64,000 nt of DNA from Octopus vulgaris (Eukaryota), in assembly GCA_951406725.2 (NCBI GenBank), contig OX597820.1:54312001-54376000 (forward strand), in the 5' to 3' direction. The first letter of the stretch is position 1. Each line of letters opens with the position of its first letter. The notes under the pieces are model-generated. The model saw nothing but the letters and a program-made list of their open reading frames with translations. It was not told where the DNA came from and did no database searches. This document shows, piece by piece, positions 49,919 through 64,000 of this stretch. A program made the translations under genes and the position numbers.

Positions 49919-49945
49919 GTGTATGTATATATATATATGTATATA

Positions 49946-49993
<48 letters not shown>

Positions 49994-50008
49994 ATATGTA
50001 TATATAAA

Positions 50009-50925
<917 letters not shown>

Positions 50926-51339
50926 ATATATAGGGGGAGAGTTCACGAAAAAAACAAAAGACGAAGACAGATGGTGTAGAAAATAAACAGATGTATTAGT
51001 ATAACGCTCAGGATATATATATATATATATATCACCGTCACTAAACAGTGAAGAAGGGTGCAAGGAACACCAGCATTACTAGAAAAAAGAGTCAAAGAAC
51101 TCTTTAACCACAGAATACAGATTTGTATTTATTGACAGGGGAGACAACCTCCCCATTACAACTGAGAGGCGTTAAGTTGGCAGGCCAATTTCGCATGAAA
51201 TTTAATGCTCATCAGTAATGCTTACTCCATTGTGGGTGCTCACACAGCACCAACCACTGCTGTTACCCCAGTCCACAACCACATCATAGCTGTCTTTAAC
51301 CCACAAAACTCAACCCAATAATAACGCAGAACGCACAAG

Positions 51340-53760
51340 GTCTTTCACACTTCACAAATCGAACAAAAGTATATCTTAGAGACCTTACACAGCGAGAGCA
51401 AATGAAACGCACCTGACCCCAGGCATATTGGATGCGGAAGTACAGGTTATGTACTACTCAGAACTGATCACAGAATGCGGAAACAAGGAGAAATAGTGAT
51501 CTTCATCCAAGAAGACCTAGCGACAAATGTCCTCTTCTCCCACTCCAACACTAATAATCCACATGATTGACTTCAATTTCATCACAGGCGTTACCAACTG
51601 TCTTCCTGATACAGTTAACTACGGAGATCACTTCAAAGATGTTTTTATCATTCATAAGTCAAATCCCAAATGAAGCCAGTCCACTTGCCAATGTACTTTT
51701 AGCTGGGGCCTATAAGTTTCCGAGTCTCAGCTGACCTGAAGGCTATATCCAACCTGAAATTAAACAACTGAACTGAAGAGATATGAATACCAATAAAGAC
51801 TTCCTCGTGCAACATATCATTAGCCATCCAACTAGGGGAAATAACATATTCGGCCTAGTCTCTATCACCAATACAGACTTCATTCACAATGTTCAGGTGA
51901 TTTCCACGGCTATTTCCGACCACGACGTTATACAATTATCAAAGAGGGCAACACACGCAAATAACATCAAACATGACCCGTACTGCATGAACTTGAATTT
52001 CAGGAAGGCCAAGTGAAAGGAAATCGAAACTGAAATACTCGAAACGAATTGGTCTCGGCACATTGGCAACCCTAATGCTTACGAGGTAATGAAGGTTCTG
52101 TACGAAGAGTTAATCAGGACCTGTTGAAAGCATGCCCCATATAAACACGCCTATTCCCGCAAGCACTTGATTCTGCGAGATAGACGGATACTAATGTATA
52201 ACAGAACCAAACTAACAAAACAACTGAAAAACCAAACTCTCTCAAAAGATGAGATTGAGAAAATAATAAGAACATCTAACTAGACCTAAAAATATCTAAT
52301 GAAAAAGAAACTTCGCTACGCGAACAAAGAACAGTGTAAAATATAAATTATATTTCTAAGTTCTTTTTACACTTTGCAAGACAGAAATCAACTACACATA
52401 ACCATATTGGCTCTCTAATGGATCAAAATGGATCATATACAAATGATCCATCACAAATATAGACATACTTAAATTGACATTATGACATTGCATTTTCCCC
52501 ACTTTTAATTAACAAAATAATATATGAGTCAAATGAATTCTTTGATCTCCAGAACTCAACTGCAGATACACATCTAAAAATAAATGATAAGATGGAAGAT
52601 GATATACTTACAGCTAATGACCTCGATTCAAACTCAGCATCTGGACCAGATGGTCTCCCAACCATACTGCTAAAAACGTGCAAAAACAGCTTCGTCAAAC
52701 CATTAAAGATATTATTTCGAAAGTCGTTAGATACCGGCGAATTCCCAGGAATGCTGAAAGACACAATAGTAACACCTCTACACAAAGGAAGGTAGCAGGG
52801 CTGAAGCTTAACGTTACAGACCAGTTTTTCTCACATCTCACACATCAAAAATTATCAAACGCATTATCCGAAATAGAATTGTTACATACCTTGAGGAAAA
52901 CAACCACGTAGATGACATACAGTATGGTTTTTGAACTGTCGAAGTTGCCTTTCACAACTATTACAGTACTATAACACTATTCTTAATAATCTCTTGAGAG
53001 GAAAGAAGACTGACTATATACTTTGATTTTGTTAAGACGTTTGGCAAGATTGTTCATGGAATCATCTGTCATAAGGTAGGAGCCAATCTGTTACTGGAAA
53101 TGGTTTTCTCTCAGCAAAGTTGCTTGTAATAAGCTTTTAATAAGCGGTATGCTTCAGGGAACGGTTACAGGACTATTATTATTTATCATCAGCCTATCAC
53201 AAGTGCACTCATCCAAACTAACGAGTTACACCGATGATGAAAAAATATCAATGACTCTCCAAACTCCAGAAGATACTGTCACACTCGAAAATGAGCCAAA
53301 CCTCATCGATTGATGGATTAAAACAATATGAAATTTAATGCATCAACATTTCAGGTTCTTCATTACAGAGGGAATACACACAAATCACAATATTTGACGC
53401 CAGAATGATTCAGAGCGCTAATGACATACGGAACTTAGAAGTAATCATGTCAAATGATGCATCTTTCATTAGCCACATTACCAAATTGTCCTCGAAATGC
53501 AGACATCTCATAGGATGGATTCTACAATCCTTCATGACAAGAGCAACAGTAGTCAGGTTAACTCTATGAAAAACCTGAGCTCTGAACAGGTTAGAACACT
53601 GCTCACAGCTTCGGTCTCCTAACTCATACTGTCTCATAAAAAAAAAGTGAAGGGTTACAAAGTTCACCAGTAAAATACCTTTGGTTAAAAACCTTAACAA
53701 GTGGGAATATTTGAAAGCGTTACATCTCTACTATCTTCGATGCTGAAAAGAAATACTTAC
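51340..53760 (+). mobile_element. Degenerate CR1-group LINE (APE endonuclease plus RT)
   Basis: NETHL, PTRGNN, SDH, ASGPDG, QYGF, QGT..G.LLFII, SYTDD; many stops and frameshifts. Confidence 0.82.
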
Positions 53761-53866
53761 GTAAGGAAAATCCCCTTCCAAACTTCAGCATTAGAGAGAA
53801 TTTTAATGCACGAACTGCCAGATACTGTTAGCTTCAAAATATATCGCCTTCGAAATTATCGCCTTC

Positions 53867-53991
<125 letters not shown>

Positions 53992-54803
53992 TGCCGCTGT
54001 TTTGTTTTCCATCTTTTTTTTTTCTTAACGCTTAACCAATAGAAGACCTGCGCTGTTAATCGTTAAATTTCTCAGTATTTCAAGACCGACTCGGGGTTAA
54101 ACAACTATCACAATAATGGCAGCCAAGAAAGTTGGCTATACTGCCAACATAACGACCATTACCAACAAAAGCAGCATCCACGTCTATAAAAGCTATCATC
54201 AAAACAAACTTCACTCACCCTAGCACCACCGACAGCAACGAAAACAACACTAATATCAACAGTGCCTTCATCAAAACATCACTGTCACCACAAACAACAA
54301 CACCAGTAACAACATTATCCTCGAAACAACTTCCTCTAACACCGCCAACAACAACACCAATATCAAGTACACCATCTCCAGAACAACAACAACCACAAAT
54401 ACTACAACACCAACGGCCATTCAACTGTTAAAAATAGCTCCGTTATAGGTTCTATAATTAGTTCTCCAGGCTATTTTGAGATTTTGAGATAAATTTTTCA
54501 AAGATTTTTATTCTCTTCTGTTGAGTTAAAACGGAAGTAAATATAGGCATTGCGTTGATTTTTTTTTCTTTTCTAACATATATATAAACGCGAGATATAT
54601 GTCCATATATGGATATTTGTAATTCTTCTGATAGGTAACTTCGGGTTCGTTTCCTTGTAGATTTCAAACAAGCACACCATCAAACATTCTTCTTTTAATT
54701 TTACAGTTGGTCTTACACCATAATTATTTGGATTAACTATTTATCCTTCTATCTTGCATGTCTACCTATACATGTGCGTAGAAGGTACTGGTAGTTTGAA
54801 GCA

Positions 54804-54848
<45 letters not shown>

Positions 54849-54932
54849 GTGTGTGTAGTGTGTGTGTTTTGTTTGCAGTGTGTGTGTGTGTCCGTGTGTG
54901 TATGTGCGTATGCGTGAGGATGTGTGTGTGGA

Positions 54933-54963
<31 letters not shown>

Positions 54964-54964
54964 T

Positions 54965-55152
54965 CAGTCGCCATGATAGATCGTTAGCCACTACACACAT
55001 TTTTTTCTCTCCTTGTTTTTTCTGTGTCCCTTTCTGTAGAAGAGCGTAGGCTCGAAACGTAAAAGACTTTTTCTATTCCTGAGCGTTATACTAATACATC
55101 TGTTTTTTTTGTGCACCACCTGTCTTCGTCTTTTGTATTTTTCGTAAACTCT

Positions 55153-55155
<3 letters not shown>
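54965..55155 (+). mobile_element. Short (TA)n-embedded repeat carrying an A6U hammerhead-like motif (55030-55065); siblings 46765-46940(+), 50932-51013(-), 63895-64000(+)
   Basis: Four homologous copies, each adjacent to (TA)n. Confidence 0.7.
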
Positions 55156-55201
<46 letters not shown>

Positions 55202-57097
55202 TATAAGCAAATGAATGATAACAGACGATGGATAAATGTCAGTTCCTTGCAGTTGTTTCTTACGCTGTAATGTACTGAACGCGTGTTAAAAATGCGTAAG
55301 AAACAGATGTAATGAGCTGACATATATCTATCGTCTGTTATTATCCATTTGCTTATAATACACCAAGGGGAATCACGACACGTCGGACACCCTAGAGTAC
55401 ACCAAGCAACATATGCTAAACACATGTGCTTCGGACCGCATAGCTCAAGACATTACAAATCATCGGCGTTCTCAGGTATCCCTCTCATTCCGCTTTGCTT
55501 CATCTTTGAGTCCTATTCTGTTTTGTTTTAGTATGCACATATTTCTAAGCATCTTGTTAGCTGTATGATTCTTATTATGCATGAATGCATAAATGCACAT
55601 GTAAAGTTATATATAAATACATACATCCACATGCACTTATATATATTAATGATGTACATAAATACATGGCAGGTATACATATTACTGAAATACGCATAAA
55701 GTAAACACATGCAGACAAATATATTAATATTACAAATTTAAAAAATAATAAAAACATACAATGTAGATACAAAAGAAACAGTAAGATGATACATGTTGAT
55801 CTTATTAGGTATTTCTGTTTATTTAGATACCTATAATGAACAGGTCATGTCACAGACGCTAAACTATAAATTTCTCAGTGTGCAACCTTAAAGTTGACAC
55901 CGCTCCCCTAACCGCAGAAAATGTTTGTCTCGCTATTGGCTAAAAATACAGAGTTTTTCCGATCTTTAAACCTCTGTAACTCTTTCCTCCAGTTTTTTTC
56001 TCCACAACATCATACCTTCATAGCAATGAGACTGGAAGACTACTTTATTATAGCCGATTTCCAGATTTTTTACTTCCTTTTAAAAAATGCATATTTTGCG
56101 AATGAAAAATACTAGATTCCATCACTATCACCGCCAAAAAATTAATTTATAACAATGAAAAATACGTGTTCCCTTATAGACAGTTCAAACAAGGAAGATA
56201 ATCATTTTTTCATAGTACTTGGCGTAATTAGAAGTTTGAAATTAAAATTGAGGTATAAGTGTTTGTAATATTCTATATTATAAATGTGGACATGAGTCTT
56301 TATGTTTAACCGATATTTGTTATTTATTTGCAGGTACCTTACTTCTATTATTAAGGTGCCTCTACTCGTAATGAACGCAATGTGTTTATGTTTACACGTA
56401 AACAACATAATTAGTATCGCTGTGAATTTAGTGTTATATTGCAATGCATTAGTAATCCAATTATGAATGAAGAAAAAACAATTCTTGATCAAGCAAATCT
56501 TTAATTAATGGCATTCTAATAAATTCCATTTTATTTTCAGAAGCAGTCTACCCACCAACTATGTGGTGTGTCTCGCCCTGTTTTCTTTTTAACATTATGG
56601 TATAGTTTAAGGAATATTTGACAACTATTTCTCGCATATCGGAAGACCAGATAAAGTTTTCTTCTTTTTTGTGTGTTCAGTTGTAAATTCCCGTGTGCCG
56701 GCAATTGAGGTTTCTGATTGGCTAAACATGCATAATTTTAAATGCTTGTAACTTTCATTATTAACAATAATTTCTAGTGAAAATGAATGTCGATTTCCTC
56801 ATCAACGTACAAAAGCTATCTCAGTGTAGAAAATGTAAAAAAAAAAAAAATCTGGAGAAAAATTTAAATATTTCAAGTAGTTGGAAAGAATTTTAAAGGA
56901 TCTAAATATAGCAAGACTTCACTGAAGTAGAAAATTATAACAAGTAATTATTTTTAGTGTATAATCATGAAAAATACATTGCTATTAAAAAATGTCAACC
57001 AATCAGATGCCCAAATTGATTTAATGCAATTATTTGTTTATGAAACATACATGAAGCAGTTAATTTTTATGGATTTAAAAATAATAATAAAAAATAT

Positions 57098-57132
<35 letters not shown>

Positions 57133-57655
57133 GTATTTATCCTATTTTCATTATTTTTCTACCTTGACATCAATGATGGGTAATCACTGAGATTTAAAAC
57201 AGTAAAATAGTTTCGAAAATCAGGGGAAGTAATGCTGGAACGGTTATTTAATTACAATTAATGAAACATGCAGGCTTAGCTGTGTGATTAAAAAACTCGC
57301 TTTGAAACCACGTGATTTCGGATTCAATCCCACTGCGCGACACCTTGGGCGAATTTTTTCTGTTATATCGCTGGGCTGGCCAGTACCTTTTGAATAAATT
57401 TGATTGATGGAGAGATGTATGTCTCTTCTATTTCTTAATTATTATAAATTTTCCACTGAGGAGGGAGCCGGTTTCCAACACAGAGACAAGGCTCCATCTT
57501 TGGGATGTAGTTAACATAGACAAATTCACATTTGGAACTTGAGAAAAGTCTTGCATATTTTTACAGTTCCACTCACAGATTGCACTTGTAATGTACGAAT
57601 TAGCCGGTCGATTTCTCTTTCTGAAAATCCCAGTTTATCTAGATCTCCTTTAAGC

Positions 57656-57688
<33 letters not shown>

Positions 57689-58567
57689 TGTATGTATGTA
57701 TGTATGTATGTATGTATTTATGTATGTATTATTTAGCGAAGTCCAAAATCAATATTAGTAGCTTGTCCCAAATGAAAGAGTTAATGGCTATAATGTTTCG
57801 GATATTATCTATCGGATAGTGGAAAAAAGGAGTGGGAAGACGAAAGGAAATTGGTGAATTGTGAGATTTACGCCAAGGCGTAGCTAACGAAAATGTTAGC
57901 AGGGTTGGATCCCAGTTTTGTTCCCATAGCAAACCCAGATATTGTAAGCAGTCCTCACTCACAAAAGCGAAGTAAAAAATGAATAGTAATTCGGTTAGGT
58001 AGGGAAGGGTTGGTGCATATACTGCCTTGGTGGATGATGCAATGTTTTTAGAAGTATTGGAGGACCAAGGGACAATCGTTTTGAAGGATGGTTGTGTAAT
58101 AGTATTTAATGTACATGGCGCTGAGAAGGGAAGTGCCAGAAGGGAAAGAAAAGGAGTGGAATAGTCGAAGGGTATAATTGATACCAAGGGTATGAAACAG
58201 AAGGGAAGCAACTAAGGGTAAAACAGAAGGAAAGCAACTAAGGGGTGGAGGTACTTAGATATCAGTTCGGTTGGGTAGTTACATGAAGAGACTATTGGGT
58301 GGCTAGGACTATCAGGTTTGTTAATTTTGGATAGAAAATATATGGTAGAGGTGCGAGGTACTTGTTGGGCAATGAGGTTGGTAGGTGGGGAGGGGAAATG
58401 AGCTGAGAAATAGTGTAGTGTAGGATGCGCACTGCTTGAACGTGGGTGTGGGGTCAGGGTACGGGCGATAAAAGGTGGTGTTGCAGAACTGTCGAAAAGC
58501 CTCCGCTCTGTAGAGGTCGCGGGCGGGCCATACTACTACAGTGCCGCTTTTGTCTCTCCGCTACATT

Positions 58568-58606
<39 letters not shown>

Positions 58607-58645
58607 CGTACGTATATGCATATATAAAAGTAAAGGATAAGTAAG

Positions 58646-58706
<61 letters not shown>

Positions 58707-59357
58707 TGTGTGTGTGTATACATAGATACTATGTTGTTATATGTTGTATATTCAGATGATCCTGCCTACCATCTACCCACATATAAACACACATACAAAT
58801 GCCCTGTCACATAAACACACATATGCGTATTGACACCGTGTGTATGCGTACGTGTTTACATCCAAGTCATAGTTTCGCTCAAATTAGCTCAACGGTCTAC
58901 TGTACACGGCTGTTAATTAAAAATTGCTTTATTGAGCTCTTTTTCAGGTTTTTTTAAACTCTATATATAAACAAATGTCATATATTATTTCTCTGTCACA
59001 GCTGAGCACTTTCTACATACATAAGTTTCCACATACACACGGAATGCTAACAAAAGAAAAATAACACATATTAATTCCTTGATGAAAAACGCGTTTCTTT
59101 TCTGTTTGAAGCATAGAATCTGAGCTTACTCTTTTACTCTTTTACTCTTTTACTTGTTTCAGTCATTTGACTACGGCCATGCTGGAGCACCGCCTTTAGT
59201 CGAGCAAATCGACCCCGGGACTTATTCTTTGTAAGCCCAGTACTTATTCTATCGGTCTCTTTTGCCGAACCGCTAAGTGACGGGGACGTAAACACATCAG
59301 CATCGGTTGTTAAGCAATGCTAGGGGGACAAACACAGACATATATATATATATATAT

Positions 59358-59524
59358 GTAGGTCCCGGGTTGAGTCGGGGTTAACCACAGTAAATAAGGT
59401 ACTCAATACATAGCAGAGTAAATTAATTTATTTTATAGAAGGAGCTTCTACAGGACTAGAACTGCTTCCTGATGATTTCTTTTGAATGAAACAGTTCTAG
59501 TCCTGTAGAAGCTCCTTCTATAAA

Positions 59525-59530
<6 letters not shown>
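59358..59530. repeat. Foldback insert within a SINE (TA)n tract: perfect 39-bp arms (59426-59464 / 59492-59530), HHR core in the loop
   Basis: Loop contains CTGATGA-tttc-tttt-gaat-GAAA. Confidence 0.7.
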
Positions 59531-59593
<63 letters not shown>

Positions 59594-60096
59594 TATATAC
59601 GACAGGCTTCTTTCAGTTTCCGTCTACCAAATCCACTCACAAGGCATTGGTCGGCCCGGGGCTATAGCAGAAGACACTTGCCCAAGATGCCACGCTGTGG
59701 GACTGAACCCGGAACCATGTGGCTGGTTAGCAAGCTACTTACCACACAGCCGGAGAATTTCTGCTTTTTTAGGGATTAGGGTTAACGTTTACAGTTAGGG
59801 TTTGTAGTGCATCCAAAATTTCATTATGAATTTTAATTTATCGTTTTCTTTCATTTTCTATAGAGTAATGTATTTATTATTAAAATCCGCTAAGGCGGCA
59901 AGCTAGCAAAATCTTTAATGGTTCGTAATTTTTTTATTATTATTAATTTCTCAATAATGGTTGTGAAATCAATGCAGAATCATATTAGATAGCCACACAA
60001 CATAGTAGTTAAAACAAAAGAAACACCCTTAATCTCATTAAAGGACTACAAAAAAAACTTGTAGAATCTAAAACAGTGACTCAATATCTTGGAATT

Positions 60097-60277
60097 AATA
60101 AACACACGCGCTGGTTCAATTTCACTTCTTTTTCATTAATCTTTTAATAATAATCTTTTTCATTAATTAGTTATTTAACCAACCGAATAATTATGCAAGT
60201 GTGCGATTCGTTGGTTAAATAGCCAATCAGCTAATATTAAAGAAGAGAAATTGAACCAGTGCGTGTGTTTATTATTG
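60097..60277. mobile_element. Palindromic MITE-like element
   Basis: aaacacacgcgctggttcaattt / aaattgaaccagtgcgtgtgttt with inner arms ttatttaaccaa / ttggttaaatag. Confidence 0.6.
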
Positions 60278-62561
60278 CATAATGACCCTGCCAAGATACA
60301 ACTAAATCTGTTTCAACACACAAGTTCATATCCAGAATCTTGCAACCTAGATGCAATAAGCGAGCGGCTAAGTAAGTCTCAGCAATCCGTTTCTTACCTA
60401 TGAGAAGAGGTGGTCCATATTTATCGGTCTCTGTCCATTAAACTCTACAGCATGGGAAGGCCTTTGCGGTGCTTGCGCTCCGCTGGCATAGCTCTCTGGG
60501 TGTTAAGGTACAGAAGCCATCACACCACAGGGATTGGACATTGTGGTGGAAACAGTTGGTCATACCAAGTATTAATTGAATTTTTATTTAGCCATTTATT
60601 TATTTTACATATGAAGTCTTTATATAAACAAAATAGTTATTTAATTCAGTGTTTATATTTTATCGGTGTTTTCGAAAAATGTTTATTTTTTAACGAAGTA
60701 ATTTTTTTATGCTTCTTTTACGCACTATACCCAAATAGTTGCGAATTAATTTTCAGGCACGAGCACTACTCCACTCCTTACCCTATGTTTAGTTTGGTTG
60801 ACATATTTTCAGTTGTACTTCAAGGATTCATATTTTTCAGAATTTCGGTATTTGAACTTTTTTCACCATTTTATAAAGACAAACTTGATACTTTTGGGAT
60901 GCATTAACCTACATTTCTTGGCATCCTTGTGTACCGTATCATGCCATTTTAGAACTACTGACCTACTAAATTTTGATTTGGCTAGATGTCCAGTGCTATA
61001 TGACTTCGGTCTTGAATGATATTTAGACTATATTTGTATGCCGTTAAATTATGTTAATAAAGAGGAAAGCAACCATCATTTCAACATAGTTGCCGAGAAC
61101 AAACAATGATAAATATTATTTCTCAACATTCCTGTTTGCCTTTGATATGTCTTCTTTCTATTTTTCTTTGTTGCTTTATGCCTTGTCTAATCTTGTGGCC
61201 TTGTAGCCATAATATTTCTCTCTACTATTTCATGTAGCATGACACTACTGTAAATCATTCTTGTTACCGTTAGGTTTCAGGTAAATCAATAATCTTTTTA
61301 TTGTATTTTCCTGTGGTTTCTTGTAAGATTGTAACAGTCTTTGCTGGGATGAGAAATTTGACAGTTGGGAAGGAATACTTTTGAATTCAAATTTCTCGCT
61401 GATCAACAAAAATAAATATCAATAACACAATCAGATTACCTAAATTATCATAATTCCTTTACTCTCACAAATAGAAACATATATTATTGGCATATTTACC
61501 CTTTATAATATCCATGGAAAAAATCACAATGAAATAATAGAATATATCAACAAGGAAATATTCCTATAGCATTTGATTTGCAATATCGCTTTACGATAGG
61601 CGTAACTATGCGAATAATGTAGCATTCCTTCTTTTGCTGGAGAAAATAACGCGAACAGTCAGCTACAGGAAACCTTAGATTTTGTGGTTTTTCCAGTTTT
61701 GATCTGTACCGAATCTCGGCTAAGTATTTAGATTTGTTGAGATGTCAAATATGTGCAAGAAATTAACTATGAAACTGTTTAATTAAAAGAAAGGATGTTC
61801 TGGGCGGCATAGTAATCATAAGAGAATTATCACTATCCAAAACTTGAGTAATTCATAAGTATACAATTTGTGACTAAAAATATCCGTGATACACAACCTG
61901 AGGGTGACAAAATATATGGCAAAGCTCGTACTCTGAAGGGAACAAATCCAGAAAATTAGCAATCATGGCAGTAAAGAAAGAAAAGTGAGACAGAGGTGAG
62001 ACTACATCGATGAAGATGGTCGCGGCGTTTTGGTGCGTTGATGCGTGTATGACGCGTGAATGTTTGTATGTTTGTGAAACGACACAGAGACGCAGTAGAG
62101 AGACTGGGTTACTATTTATGACCTATGGTTCTAACAGAATACTTTGTCCACTATTAACATTCATTTACCTTACCCCATTATTTTATTTTATTTCTATAGC
62201 TGTATAGACGTGTAACGTGTTTTCCGCCTGGATTAATCTGCACCATTTACAATTAGTGTAATTAATCTCTAGCCTTCAATGACCTCATTAGTAAGGTTCA
62301 AAAACTATTTCGTGAGAAAAGTGTTCAGACTTTTAAATCGTTTCGGTCATTAAAACATATAATTATTATTTGTTTAGAGAAACTATAAGAAAATCATTAT
62401 CAATGAAAACACAGCCCGCACTATAATTATTATCTCCTTTTTGTCAGTATTAATGAATGCAAGATATATATATACATGTATGTATGTATATAGATATAAA
62501 TATATGCATACACACACACATACATACTTACATACATACATACACACATACATACGTACAT

Positions 62562-62596
<35 letters not shown>

Positions 62597-63278
62597 TACA
62601 TACATACATACATACATACATACATACATACATACATACATACATTCTTGTATGCATGAATACACGCATACGTACATACTCGCATGCTTAATAAATATGT
62701 TTGTATGCATGTATGTACGTAGGGAAAAAACTTCTGTTCAGACATGTTGTATTGAAAACAGGACTGTGTCCCAGTTTAATCATTTTCAATGTTTATTAAT
62801 TCCTTGAAATTCATTTGTAAAAGTAAAATTCATTATCCACTTTTCTATACTTACGTAGGCTCATCTTCAGGATAAATTGATATTGGCGTGTTGTTATTAC
62901 CTCTTTATACTATGCAAGGACGATGTGACTCATGTATTATTGCCGCTGGATTTTGAATTTTGACCTTTAGATTTATGTCATCAGTCAGACGTTTGCTTTT
63001 GTTTGTATTAATCGCCTCCACGACTTCAAATGTATTGGCCATACAATTACAATACATTTCCATCGACTCACTATGCATTCTCAACAAGGAGCAGTTGCAA
63101 TGTACCATGCTACACAACACAAAACAAAGCTAGATAGGAAATCATAAGTGGACAACACACGTATACAGTTCAGAACCTTCTACGTCAAAGTTCAAACTAA
63201 TTCAATATAAATAAACAATATATTGCACATTTTATATTCGTTTGCAAAATTTGTATGGATATGCATATAAGCGCATGT

Positions 63279-63359
<81 letters not shown>

Positions 63360-63805
63360 TGGGGTGGTTCTTGTTAACATTATGAGTGACCGGTATATAG
63401 ATAGACCAGGAACGGAAGACAGAGCGAAACGATTACTTTATTATCACCGAGAAGTAACTGCCTTACAAATATAGCGAAAAATACCTCCAGGATGTTCTTT
63501 CAGAAGAATATTTAGGATGCTTGAATACAAGCTAGGGGTTACATTTGTAGATAGACATACGTGAGCTTGGATTTTACTCTTTTAGTTCAGCTAAACGAGA
63601 TCCTTAGCTACTGCGAGTGCACAACGACTCAGTTGGTAATCGGTGTAGTAACTTTACACCTATGCAAATTAAACAAGCGAGAAAAGCTCGGAAACACACC
63701 ACATAAACGATCTTTATCTTTTATATATTATCTTTTACATGTTTCAATAATTGGATTACGGCCAGGCAGGGGCACCACTTTGAAGACCACTGTACTTTTT
63801 TTCAG

Positions 63806-63861
<56 letters not shown>

Positions 63862-64000
63862 CTATCCTGTGTGACCCCTCTGTCAGGCATTCGCTATGCT
63901 GGATCGCTAGCCACTACACATTCTTTATTTTCTCTCCTTGTTTCTTTCTGCGCTCCTTTCTGTGGAAGAGCGTAGGCTCGAAACGTTAAAGACTTTTTCA

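Noticed and set aside
55415-55470. HHR-like string on the minus strand (CCGATGA...GAAG cacatgtg)
   Set aside because: Two core mismatches and no clear stems I/II.
57729-58211. 160-aa minus-strand ORF
   Set aside because: No recognisable domain; composition and context suggest a repeat fragment.
59769-59802. TTAGGG repeats as interstitial telomere
   Set aside because: Only three dispersed hexamers.
60410-60907. 165-aa + ORF and GC-richer island with a minus-strand donor-like site
   Set aside because: No recognisable protein; all minus-strand frames contain stops.
62005-62100. CpG-rich patch as a promoter/first exon
   Set aside because: Short, with no downstream gene evidence in the window.

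Overview
Eukaryotic, AT-rich and microsatellite-saturated DNA; the SINE families suggest a coleoid cephalopod, probably Octopus (inference from recognised repeats, not from a search). The only host gene I can support is the 3' half of an MYRF (myelin regulatory factor) orthologue on the + strand: 10 phase-consistent GT-AG exons at 965-17617, about 437 aa, covering the TM helix, the Cys motif and the luminal C-terminal MRF_C2 domain. The rest is repeats: three tRNA-derived SINE groups, a 5'-truncated Penelope-like element (PLE) with an inverted pseudo-LTR, R4/Dong-type non-LTR fragments docked in (TAA)n and (TACA)n, CR1-group LINE relics, nested Tc1/mariner elements, hAT, pogo and Helitron non-autonomous elements, and foldbacks. 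The most striking unannotated signal is a set of minimal type I hammerhead ribozyme (HHR) motifs in unrelated short repeats. It shows all three core 3:8 pairings (C3:G8 at 20394, U3:A8 at 47329, G3:C8 at 6948) plus a multi-copy A6U variant family. All calls were made by eye; repeat boundaries are approximate, and most ORF-track entries are microsatellite artefacts.
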